DNA of 63,775 bases, filler included, from Lenisia limosa (lineage: Eukaryota; Protista; Breviatea): NCBI GenBank assembly GCA_001655205.1. It is 10 parts of 10 records of this genome, joined end to end, with 100 filler letters (N's around TTAATTAATTAA, not from the genome) between each part and the next. Parts side by side here need not be neighbours in the genome. Positions count along the whole stretch, not along the records: positions 48,298 to 56,024 come from LPNZ01005267.1; positions 56,125 to 60,294 come from LPNZ01004950.1; positions 60,395 to 61,912 come from LPNZ01008432.1; positions 62,013 to 63,775 come from LPNZ01001005.1; 6 more parts are not named here. One strand, given 5' to 3'. Within the stretch, counting starts at the first letter, position 1. Every line of letters starts with the position of its first letter. Of the stretch, positions 51,201-62,337 are shown piece by piece. Below the pieces are notes generated by a model that did not search any database, was not told where the DNA came from, and saw nothing but the letters and a program-made list of their open reading frames with translations. The translations under genes were made by a program, and so were the position numbers.

Positions 51201-54200
51201 ACGCATGTACATGTATGTATACATTTATCCACTCACCTCCATTTTTGGTAACTTGTTCTTTGTAGTCCTTCGAAAACTGACCATTTTAGCTATCGACGTG
51301 ATGACCCCTGATGAGCGCATTCCTCAGCCTTACATTGCAGTTGCCTTAGCTGTCACTGATACTTCAGCAGAATGCCACTTTATCAACCCTGAGGACCACG
51401 TGATCTTCATCAATCTCACCTTTTCGGAGTCTGGAGCTTGTGCTTCCTGTCCAGTCACGCCATTTGCCGAGTCTCCCGTTCAGCTCTCCAGCCTCTCACC
51501 CATGACGACCTACCACTTCTCTTACTGGTTCTGTTCCACCCCCAGCTTCTGCTCCCAACCTTCCGAGCCCACTGTGTTCACCACTCTCCAAAGCCCTCCA
51601 ACCGCCCCCCTTGGTGCCACCCTTGACTTGGCCACTGATAATCTTGTTGTTATGTCTTGGAATGCATCCATCAACGCCGACTATTACACTGTCGGCTTGA
51701 TTGCTTCGGATTCGTCTTACGCCGAGTTCTTCCACACTCCCGAAACCACAGCCACTTTCAGGAATATTGACTCTAACATTGAGCTGACGTTCAGCGTGTC
51801 GGCCTCCAATGCCGTTGGTTCCTCTTCTGTATCCACCCTCGAAGTCTCCACACGCTACCCCAGCCCTTCCATTGTCAGTATCGCTGTTTCGGATCCGGAT
51901 AACCTGGACAGAAAGCTCTCTATCGGTGACGTCATCACCACGGTGTTCGATGTGCCCACTAATGCTCCTTCGAACTTCATCCTTGAATGCAGCACAGATA
52001 TCAGCGCCATTACCATGGAAAGCGTCTGGACCGCTAACACCGTCAACGTTTTAACGGTCAGTAGTGTACCGTTGGACCAATCTGAGCCTCTTCTCGGGCT
52101 GACAACTTGCCGCCCTGTTTCTTCATGCGATGTTCTGCGTGAGGATTTGAACTCGCCACGTAGTTCTTCCGAAATGGTCATCACTGGTACGTGGGGTGAG
52201 CAGCCAACAGAGCTCAACATTGCCGTGCCCTCAAGCGTCGTCACAGATGAAGACACTACTTACGTTCTTACCCCCACTGTCACTTCCGACTCTCCCATTG
52301 CCGACAAGGCCCTCACTGAGCTGACTGTTTCCTGCACCGGCGACTGTCTCGTCTCAGCTGCCGGAATGCCGTTCACCACTTCCATCACCATCATCGATAC
52401 CTTCGCAACCGTTACGGGCTTATTGGACTTCGGCATCAGCGTGCAGCCCCTTCTTCATAGCACATCTCCGTTTAGATCAGAGATCAGTCTTTCCGCTGCA
52501 GGCCTCTCTGCCACCGCACTGACTACTGTTGAAGTGTCACCCATGCCAAACTCCTTTGACGTCACTTTCCCGGTTGCGATGCCCAAAATCACCGCCACCG
52601 GAGGGGTCTTCCTTTCCGATCTAGTGATCACCGATGTTGACGAGTCCAGTTCCTACAACTTGGTTGCTCAGATCAAGGGTGCCGCCGGCACTCTGATCTT
52701 AGATCCCTCGCAGTGCCCCACTGGCGTTGTCATGGTAAGCCAGATCATTGCGATCGCTTCTGGTTCCCTCAGCCACCTCAAATGCGTTGCAGCCAAGCTC
52801 AAGGTCCAGCCAAATGACGCCGCCATCGCCAATGGTGTTCTTATTGTCGATTTAAGCCTTATTGACCTCAATGCTCAGGCAGCTGGGCTCTCTGGCTCTC
52901 AAGTTTCTTCTGAAATTGCCATTTCCGTGTCTTGCATCGGGCTCCCGGGAGGCACCCTTGCTTCCGCTACCTTAGACTCCGATATGACCATCGCTCTTGC
53001 TTTTGACCGGTCCGTTTCTTCCGATTTCGTCTTCGCTGCTGTCGACGAGGTCCTTTCCCCCGCCACCGCAGCTCTAATGGGCTCCGGCTCGTATGTCCTT
53101 GCTCACGATGGCGGCTTCCGTGTCTACCCTGGCCTGGGTGCAACATTTATGGTCTCTTCACCTATCACAATCTTGGAAAACGTGTTCTACACCTGTCCTG
53201 GCGAAAGCTTTGCCTCTGGAACCGTAGCCCTCATTCCCCCCGCCTCCGTCGTCGTCCCGAACGTCAGCATAATGGGGCCCTCTGCCCTTCCCGTCTGTAA
53301 CTCCGGAATTGAACTCTGGGCCTCCGCCGGCGGAATGGGTGGCCGGCCAGCTGTCTTCTCCTTCACCGTGGACGACCCGATTGCCTTCACTAAACTTGAA
53401 ACCTCTTCCGACGGCTCGGTTAAGCTTGCTTCCGACGCCCTCCTTCCTGGTGCCAAGTATACGTTCACCGCGTCGGTCACAAATCTCTTTGGAAAGACTG
53501 CTATGGTCTCGCATTCCGTGACAATCGGGTCATACAACGTTCCGCAAGTTACTGTGTCGCCAGAATCCGGCGCGTTTAAGCCCAGTGACGACACGACGCT
53601 GACAGCCACCGTGGCCGCTTCTGACTGTCTCCCCGAAGATATGCGACGGATGACGTTCTTGTGGACCTCTAACAAGGCAAACACGCTTTCTGGGGATGTT
53701 AACAGTCATGCTGCTGTTCTTAATGTGGCAGTTTTGGCAGTTGGTGAGACTGTTGATGTCACGCTTGAGGTTCGAATGGCCGCAATGACTCATCTTGTCA
53801 CCACTGTAACCTTGACCTACGAGAGGGATGCGGTTGAACCCGTTGCTGAAATTGCTGGTGGAAGTCAGAGAAGCCCTCGTCAAAGCGCTGCCATAACCAT
53901 GGATGCTTCCGGTTCAAAGGCATTTGATGGCTCTCTTGAGTACAAATGGTCTTGTCTGTCCCTTCTCACAATGATGCCTTGCACCGATCGTCTCAATGCC
54001 GCTCTTGTCCTCCCTGATATTCCCGTCTTCGATATTCCAGCCGCTAGCCTTTCACTGGGAGCTTTCGCATTTACCGTCACTGTGACTGACAGTATCAATG
54101 ACTTAACTGCCTCAGATGCCCAACTTGTCATCCCGAAACAGGGAGATATTCCCGAANNNNNNNNNNNNNNNNNNNNNNNNNNNNNNNNNNNNNNNNNNNN

Positions 54201-55627
54201 NNNNNNNNNNNNNNNNNNNNNNNNNNNNNNNNNNNNNNNNNNNNNNNTCGGCTTCCTTGCTGATGTGGTCTCCGAATACCCTCCGAGTCGTCTAGCATTC
54301 CAATGGACCTCTTCCGACATTGAGCTCCCCGACGCTACTTCCGTTAGGAGCCCGCTTCTTATGCTGACGTCATCTTCCTTCGTTGCCGGGCAAGAAATCA
54401 CCGTGAACTGCCGTGTTACTGACCCGGTTGGACTCTTTGCGGATGCCCAGACAAGCTTCAAAATCAATTCAGCGCCTTACGCAGGCACCATCCACACCTC
54501 CGTTGACACGGTTGCTGCAGTTACTGGCTTAGTTACGTTAACTACGTTTAACTGGGAGGACCGTGAGGGAGGACCGCTCTCCTACCAGTGGATGATCGCT
54601 GATCCCATTTCACCCACACTCCTCAGCTCGGTCTCCTCCAAACAACAGGTCACCGTATCTGTCCCTAACCCCGCCTCTGGAGAGTCAACAATCACTGTGG
54701 CTGTAGTCGTGCGCGATAGTTTAGGCGCCAGCGCCATTGCCACCAAGACGCTTAGCGTGACAGTGCCGGTTGAGGGTCTTGACGAGGCGGCCGCACTAGG
54801 AGCCTTGGAAGTCGCCAAGAAGAATCTTGTTGACACTGGAAGCCCGGACCTGACTGTTTCCCTCATCTCCACCGTCATAGATTCGGACCTCGAGGAATCA
54901 CGCCGTCTCCCTGGCACACTCGTATCGGAACTGACCGCAACGCTATCTTCCATCGCCGACGCTTCCGACGCCACTACCACCATCGACCTGGCCACCAAGC
55001 TTGCCGCTAAAATCAGCTCGTTTGATGCTGACACGCAAGAGCTTATCACCATCCTCCAGAACTCCCTGGCAACCCTCCGCTCCTCTGACGTAGCAGCTAT
55101 TGATCGCAATGTAGCACTCGCGTCTGCGCTCAAAATGGCGATTTCCTCTATTGACAAGCCAAGTGCCAGGAGAAGCACTTCGTCGGAAGCGGAGTCGGCT
55201 GTTGCCGTTCTCCGAGCCATCTTGGATGACGTCACCGTTAACACCTTCCAGCTTAATGGCCAGACCTTCAACCAAACCTCGGAAGGGCGGACCATTTTCG
55301 CGATCCGAGCCGATGCCTCTTCCGGCCTTTCCGACAAGGCCATTAGCGAATCTGTTTCTGTCTCCGCCGCCGCCGACGGTGTGACTTTTGACGCCTCCTT
55401 CGACCTGCACACCATGGTGTTTCCGACACGTATTTCCGACAAGGGACTCAACTTTGCCCCGCTGGTCGCCTTTAGCCCGCTAGCTGTCGGCTCGGTTGAC
55501 ATTGCCGCACGTACAACTTCCGCCACCGCTTTTGCCGCGGCGTCGCAGGTCACCTTCGCCGCTGTGGATTACTTCGTCCCGGATTGCGAACATTGTCTGC
55601 CCACATGTGTCCTTTTGACGGCTTCCG
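48298..55627 (+). CDS. Large extracellular receptor-like protein: PSI-like, EGF-like, several FN3-like domains and a PKD/REJ region; both ends missing
   Basis: CSSHVNCYSCLHSEGCEFDLSRDSC (PSI-like); CAPGQCIPGEICQCPDGYSGLTSC (EGF); TLSGLEPFTEYTVFV and QLSSLSPMTTYHFS (FN3); PVAEIAGGSQRS...ITMDASGS...LEYKWSC and INSAPYAG...LTTFNWEDREGGPLSYQW (REJ). Exons 50294-51148 and 51290-55627. Confidence 0.8.
49914..50052 (+). repeat. Family A dispersed intronic repeat ending at a 3' splice site; most complete copy
   Basis: GATGGGATxxGxTGCTGCAGAAGCGACTGGCCTGGGCTTTTTTTG...GCCCTCGTGTGTTGTCAGCCAACAGAGTTGATTTTGGGCTTTTTT...TTTCATAAATTTT...TTTTAC-C(n)-AG. Full or partial copies at 12282, 13643, 24738, 26330, 30449, 30826, 36130, 38418, 39141 and 48805 (+), and 17800, 18725, 22470, 58490 and 62013 (-). 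Confidence 0.85.
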
Positions 55628-56899
55628 GTATGTTGGCAGGAAGGCGGGGTGTTTTCGTGTTTTGTTGGGATGAAGTTCGAAAATGTCGATTTGTTTTATG
55701 AAGCTCGTTTTATTTTATTATTAAATAAATGGGGTAAAACGAAGGAATTTTTAATGAGACATTTTTTTTTTGTTTTTTGCCTGTAACATTTGCTCATGTG
55801 ACAGCCTTCTGTGTTTTTATTATTATTATTATTGGTTTATACTCCCGGATTTTTGGATTATACATTGTCGTGATGGTTTCGTTACCCTCATATTCTTCAT
55901 CGAAATTGCCTTCATTCGAGCCAATTAGTTATTTTGTTGTTTGTAATATGATATGTATTATATGATAAGGCGACCCCCCTGAGTGCGAATTCCAACCTGA
56001 GTGCGAATTTCAACCTGAGTGCGANNNNNNNNNNNNNNNNNNNNNNNNNNNNNNNNNNNNNNNNNNNNTTAATTAATTAANNNNNNNNNNNNNNNNNNNN
56101 NNNNNNNNNNNNNNNNNNNNNNNNCCCCAACAACTCCGCGGTTACCCTCATTACGTTATACGGAGTGGACGCTTTCAGGTCTGTTTTGAGGATTTATTGA
56201 TGTTTGTCTAAGAAATGAAACAGCAATGAGAAAAAAAATAAAAACAAGGTTGCCGTCCACACCATCACGGAAATGATTACTATTCATACTATTTTTTTTC
56301 AATATCTCTTATAAGCGTGATGGTNNNNNNNNNNNNNNNNNNNNNNNNNNNNNNNNNNNNNNNNNNNNNNNNNNNNNNNNNNNNNNNNNNNNNNNNNNNN
56401 NNNNNNNNNNNNNNNNNNNNNNNNNNNNNNNNNNNNNTAATAATTGTCTAAGGTTTATTTTCCCGTTCTAAAAAGTCTGAAAAATCTTGATAAATCTACG
56501 ACGTTTCTCATTCCGCGTTTTTTAGCCTCAATAAATTCTAGATATTTCTTCATCCTCTATGATGCCCATTTTCTTCCAGGTATTATTTCACCGTCCTTCC
56601 TTTTCCATAGTAAAACTCCAATAACACTACACAGACGAACGCGAACGGCCCTCTTCGGGAGCAATACAGTCACAGGGTGCCAACAAGCCTTAGGTAAGAT
56701 GGGGTAAGTTTCTCTCGCTTTGGGTAGTGCTTCATTTCAATTCTTAAAAACACTGTGTGCGAATATCGATATTTATAGAATACTATTTCCTTTTGAAGCT
56801 CTATTTTCTACCAACTTTTCTGTTGTATCCGAGGATTGAACCAAAATTAAAGAACTACTTCAGGCCCATAGCATCAATTTTTTTCGGATTGGCAGTAAG

Positions 56900-59800
56900 C
56901 ATAAGTTACAATTTTGGAATTAGCAAAGGCCAGAGCTTTCATATCGCTTCTGTCTAAAACGAAATTCCTTGTAAATGAAGCTTAATTTAGAATGATCTAG
57001 AAACGAATGTATACCGAACACTTCGTACTTCCACACTGCGAGTGTTTTCTTCAAACCAGCTCAAATATCTCCTTAGCCAATCGTCGATGGCAATGTTGGG
57101 ACGTGGTGGCGTTCATATTCAAATACTTGGTCTTAATGACAAATGTGGGGTAATATTTTGACCTTCAAAATTTTTAAGAGAGTACACAGACGAATGGTAA
57201 AGAACTGCGGTTCCAAAGACTCCATTTCAATAACCATTATAGGTAGAACAAGATAGAAAGAGGTTACCTTGTGTGGTATTCGTTGTGTAACCTTTTGGGA
57301 TATTGAATGCTCAGTTCTGGCCAATACACCACTTCGGATGTGTAGGCAGCTTTATAAAATGTTCCAAAGTCAAATAAAGATGTGGTTATATCAACATCAA
57401 GAAGTTTCAAATGCATTTTCTGCTTTAGGTCGTCAAAATCAGTGAATACCTCACAGCCTAGAAATAAACAATAAATATAAACCTTTAGTATTGAAATTGC
57501 ATCCTAAAAACACTCTTTTTCATCAGATTGTATGTGTCAGAGAGAACCTTGGAATTCTCCTGGTCATTTACGGACTTGGAACTTGGTAGATGCGGAATCT
57601 TTGATACCAATGTCGGCTCCTTCCACAACATTGCTGACACGACCTCAGAATCCTCGAACCCAACCTTTGTCATCTCGTCGTCCATCATGACAGGGTTGAT
57701 CTTGTAGGTGGTGAAAAGAGGGGCGATTTCCACGCCAATATGATAGCGTCCTTGAACTCCCATGTTCAGAGACGATGTTGCCATTATATCTGTCGTAAAT
57801 AGACGGATTCGACAATAAAATTAGTTCTGCTTCATCAAACCGTGAAATCGAGGAGAGCGTTGTATCAGGCAAATGAGTTCGTAAGCATCCTCACTGGAAG
57901 GTGATGTTGACTCCTTCTCTCATACAAAACCAGAATAAGGTTGACGAGGAAGGTGACGTTGACTCCTTCAGTATATTTTATAACAACGTGGTGCTCAAAA
58001 GATGGCCCACAAAAAGCAGGAAACTGCAAGATGTTCAATACATGATATCATCGTAATATTAGATCATATGATATAATACAAGCAGCATCATTCCACCACC
58101 CATGAGCGTAGGATGTTCTACTTTGCCAAATGACTTTGTGAACCCTTCGTTGACCATATCCCTATGTCTAAATTCGTAATTGTTGTGCCATAATACACAA
58201 AATTTCCAAGTGTTATCATATAGCATACCCTTCACTTTTGAGTCATCTCATCAGCATTATATAGAGAAGATGGTGACATCCGTGCTTTGGGATGGTTTCA
58301 AAAACAGTTACAAAATATCACTCCACCCGAATGGGGTTAACTGAACTCTTCTTTTCTATTGCTTTTATTATTATATATTTTTTTTGTTATTATGAACTTT
58401 CTCACCCAAAAGGAGGAATAGAAATCGGCTACCCCAAGTCATTTGAAGAATCATCAAAACACTTCAGCCACTTGGTGAGAGGAGGAGGAGGGGGGGGGGA
58501 GTAAAACTGGAACATTTATGAAACAAAAAAGCCCAAATCAACTTTGTTGGCTGACAACACACGTGGGTTGATAAGCAAAATAAACAAAGCCTGGGATGGA
58601 GGGAGGGGGGTGAGATCAAAAATACTCTGATTAGGAAGGGGAAATTGATAATAATAAAAAATATAGTAGTATTAAATATAATTATTAGAGAAAAAGGGGG
58701 GGGGGGTCAAAAAATAATAATAATAATAATAAAATACCAAAACTAACCATTTAGGAGCTCAAGGCTCCTCCCCTCGGGACCCTTTACAAATTGAACGACG
58801 GTGACGGCTCCTTGGTTGGGAGGAGGTTTTGCTGGAGGAGGAGAGATTGTTTATATGAGGATACCATTAGAACAAATTACCATACTTCTGATTGGCTATC
58901 ACCCCCCTAGTTTATGGAGGATTTACTGGAGAGAAATTCGCTCTGGTTCTCGTTTTCACAGCAAAATGGTGGTGGGGGTACTGTAACTCCATTTGGTGTT
59001 CATTCTCTCTCTTTCTTCTCTTTCTCCTCTTTCTTTCCTTCTTCCTGCTCTTTTTTCTCAACTCCTCATTCTTTCCTTTCTCTCACCTAAGAGACCAGTG
59101 AAATATCAATATTTATCGAGAATTTATCGGAAAAAATCAGTCTTTTTTGAAACCGAAAAGGCTTTAATTTTTTACTTATTTAGGATGCTCCACCTACTGG
59201 ATCATAACATCAGATAAATGATGAGGTTGAGGCTTAGTTATGAATAGGGTCTCTTTTTGCAGTTGTCTGTCTTTATGTTGCCTTATTGGTTTTTTTTTTT
59301 TTTTTNNNNNNNNNNNNNNNNNNNNNNNNNNNNNNNNNNNNNNNNNNNNNNNNNAAATGTGTTTATTTTCTAAAGGAATAACTAATTCATCACATGTGTT
59401 TAACCATTTAAAAAACGATCACAGAATTAGGATGGTGCTGGGGGCGAAACGGGGTTGTTTTTAGATTTACACTGCGGCGCATCAAAGCCCATGTGGGAAA
59501 GCTAAAATCACCCGAGATCAATAACTCTGAATAGTAATCCCAATCATGCCATCTATGCGCTGTGTATTCAGAGATAAATGATATTTTACAACATCATCGC
59601 ACAAATCTGAATATACCACCGACAAAACCGCTGCTTGCAAAATATTTCGAATCGACCAAATGTTTATCACGGTTCCCCATGCCGTGCTGACTCCTACAGA
59701 ACACCCCTTTGTCATCCAGGAGCTCTATCTACAATAATACATTACAATACTACATTACAACAATAATTAACATAAAAACGAAACTCGAACCTAGTCCGTA

Positions 59801-60200
59801 TCTTCTTGGACCTACATGGAGTCAAGTGGCAATAACAAAAAGGCAATTATTGAAAATAAAGATATAATTACTAAAAAACTTGACAAAACCAAAACCATTT
59901 ATACCTTCACACACCCTTCGACACCTACGACCATCCTCCTCCAATCATTTATCACTACTACCTCCCCNNNNNNNNNNNNNNNNNNNNNNNNNNNNNNNNN
60001 NNNNNNNNNNNNNNNNNNNNNNNNNNNNNNNNNNNNNNNNNNNNNNNNNNNNNNNNNNNNNNNNNNNNNNNNNNNNNNNNNNNNNNNNNNNNNNNNNNNN
60101 NNNNNNNNNNNNNNNNNNNNNNNNNNNNNNNNNNNNNNNNNNNNNNNNACCAAGTCCTGCGATGACACTGAAGGGCGGACCTGATAAGGGTGGGGGGATG
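56900..60200 (-). CDS. Possible uncharacterised multi-exon gene(s)
   Basis: Several GT-AG-bounded open segments (IELLDDKGVFCRSQHGMG; KPPPNQGAVTVVQFVKG; SEDAYELICLIQRSPRFH-DIMATSSLNMGV; CEVFTDFDDLKQKMHLKLL). A family A repeat oriented to the minus strand agrees. No family recognised and the phases could not be fully reconciled. Confidence 0.3.
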
Positions 60201-61097
60201 ATTTGGGGGATTATGGTGTGTGGTTTGTGTGTACGTGCGTGTGTGTGTGTGATATGTATATAAATATAAATGTGTAGGTATGCAATTACGTATANNNNNN
60301 NNNNNNNNNNNNNNNNNNNNNNNNNNNNNNNNNNNNNNTTAATTAATTAANNNNNNNNNNNNNNNNNNNNNNNNNNNNNNNNNNNNNNNNNNNNGGGGGG
60401 GGGGGTGTGAAAGTGTGCATATAATATTACATTATATATAGTATAATGGGATTTGCTATGTGAATTCCCAAGGAAAATCGGTCAAGACATCCTGAACACT
60501 GTATACATATGTATAATGGAGGTGTGGGGTATTATCGATATTTTACCGGTCTTTTCATATGGAGCGTTGTTGTTTTCTGCATCCTTCAATCATTTTTATT
60601 TTTTACCCTTGCAGTGTAACAGATTCAACATCTTTTCAATCGTTTTGTTTTTACTTTTTTGTGTATCAGTAACATTTATTCTTTTCAATCGCGTTTTTTT
60701 TTACCTTTGTAGTGTGACAGAGACCCAAGTGTGTCTAGGCACTNNNNNNNNNNNNNNNNNNNNNNNNNNNNNNNNNNNNNNNNNNNNNNNNNNNNNNNNN
60801 NNNNNNNNNNNNNNNNNNNNNNNNNNNNNNNNNNNNNNNNNNNNNNNNNNNNNNNNNGGGGGTAATGGGAGCGAGGGGAGATGATAGAGATGTTGTAAAC
60901 AATTAACATGATGAGTTCAGCTAGCAAAATTAACAGGATGGATATACCTAAAGCTTTACTTTCGGTACCAACAAAAGATTGAATTCTCGATAAATCCTCC
61001 ATACTATATAGTATACCTATTTTGTTGCTTGACCCCATACCCCATATACCAAGTACACAGCCCCCCCATTATTTCACTACTCACACCCTCCTATTAT

Positions 61098-61249
61098 GTT
61101 ACACAAGATTTCTAAAGTTATTTGTTACACAAGATTTCTAAAGTTATTTGTTACACAAGATATCTAAAGTTATTTGTTACACAAGATTTCTAAAGTTATT
61201 TGTTACACAAGATTTCTAAAGTTATTTGTTACACAAGATTTCTAAAGTA
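61098..61249. repeat. Minisatellite, ~5.8 x 26 bp
   Basis: Unit GTTACACAAGATTTCTAAAGTTATTT. Confidence 0.95.
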
Positions 61250-62337
61250 TATTATTTCTCTTGTTCAAAAATATTTTTGATGGAGGGAGTAAGGGGTATG
61301 TGTGTATAATTTCATGACCCGTTAGCCACGAAAACAGGCCTATTTCATGACCGTCACAATTAATCATAACCGTCACAATTTATATGCTGCAGCATATGCC
61401 TGTTTATCTGCCTCCTGTTATCATATTAACAACTCTCCTAGTTTATTGCCTCCTGCCATCATTTTACTCCTCACATTCTCTCAATAGATTGCTTGCCCTT
61501 GTTTGCAAAACGCGGGGTTTGACTGCTTGTTTGCCGAGGCACCTCAGGTTGGTTATGTGTTTATGGGATCAAGTTCCTCGTCTCTATATCTCATATTATG
61601 TGATTAACTGGTAATGAGAACAGGAAGAATTATTTATCTATCATCATAGTTTTGTGGTTTATTGTCCATTTTAAGATGTTTTTTTGCTCACCTCCAAGGG
61701 TTACTTGATATCCGGCCAGGAGCTTTACATGTGTGTAAATGGCTACTGTTCCACACCCGGGGTGAGGGGGGAGGGGGTTCATGCAACATATGCATCATAT
61801 AGTGACCGGGATAAGTCTTGACCGATTTGATCTCTGATTTCCCAGAGACAATCGGTCAACAGAGTATCAGGTTTACTGATTGGGATAAGGGCGGTTGTCT
61901 AATATAATTATCNNNNNNNNNNNNNNNNNNNNNNNNNNNNNNNNNNNNNNNNNNNNTTAATTAATTAANNNNNNNNNNNNNNNNNNNNNNNNNNNNNNNN
62001 NNNNNNNNNNNNACAAAACAAACAAAGCCCAGACACCGCATCCCAATACAATATCTGCGGTCATTGAATAAATGACATCCTTGTGATCTTGCCCACATCC
62101 CACCTTAATCATTTGACTGTTATCCTGCATGAACGTTTCCAAGTCGTGAGACTCTTTACCCTGATCTACGAAGTCAATAAACTATAGCTGAATATATCTA
62201 CTATCACTGAATAATTATAGAAAGATAATTACCACATTCAATTATGTGACTAATCATCCAAGAAATAAATCAAAATCTATGATATAATTACTGCTGTTAT
62301 ACCCAATACCTACTTTTATAGGCCTCGATGTCGCTCT

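Noticed and set aside
50340-55553. Long minus-strand ORFs opposite the REJ exon (e.g. 54582-55553, 50340-51023)
   Set aside because: Antisense shadows of biased codon usage; no recognisable protein features.
57740-57800. IMATSSLNMGV resembles SF2 helicase motif V
   Set aside because: No other helicase motifs found nearby; a single short match is insufficient.
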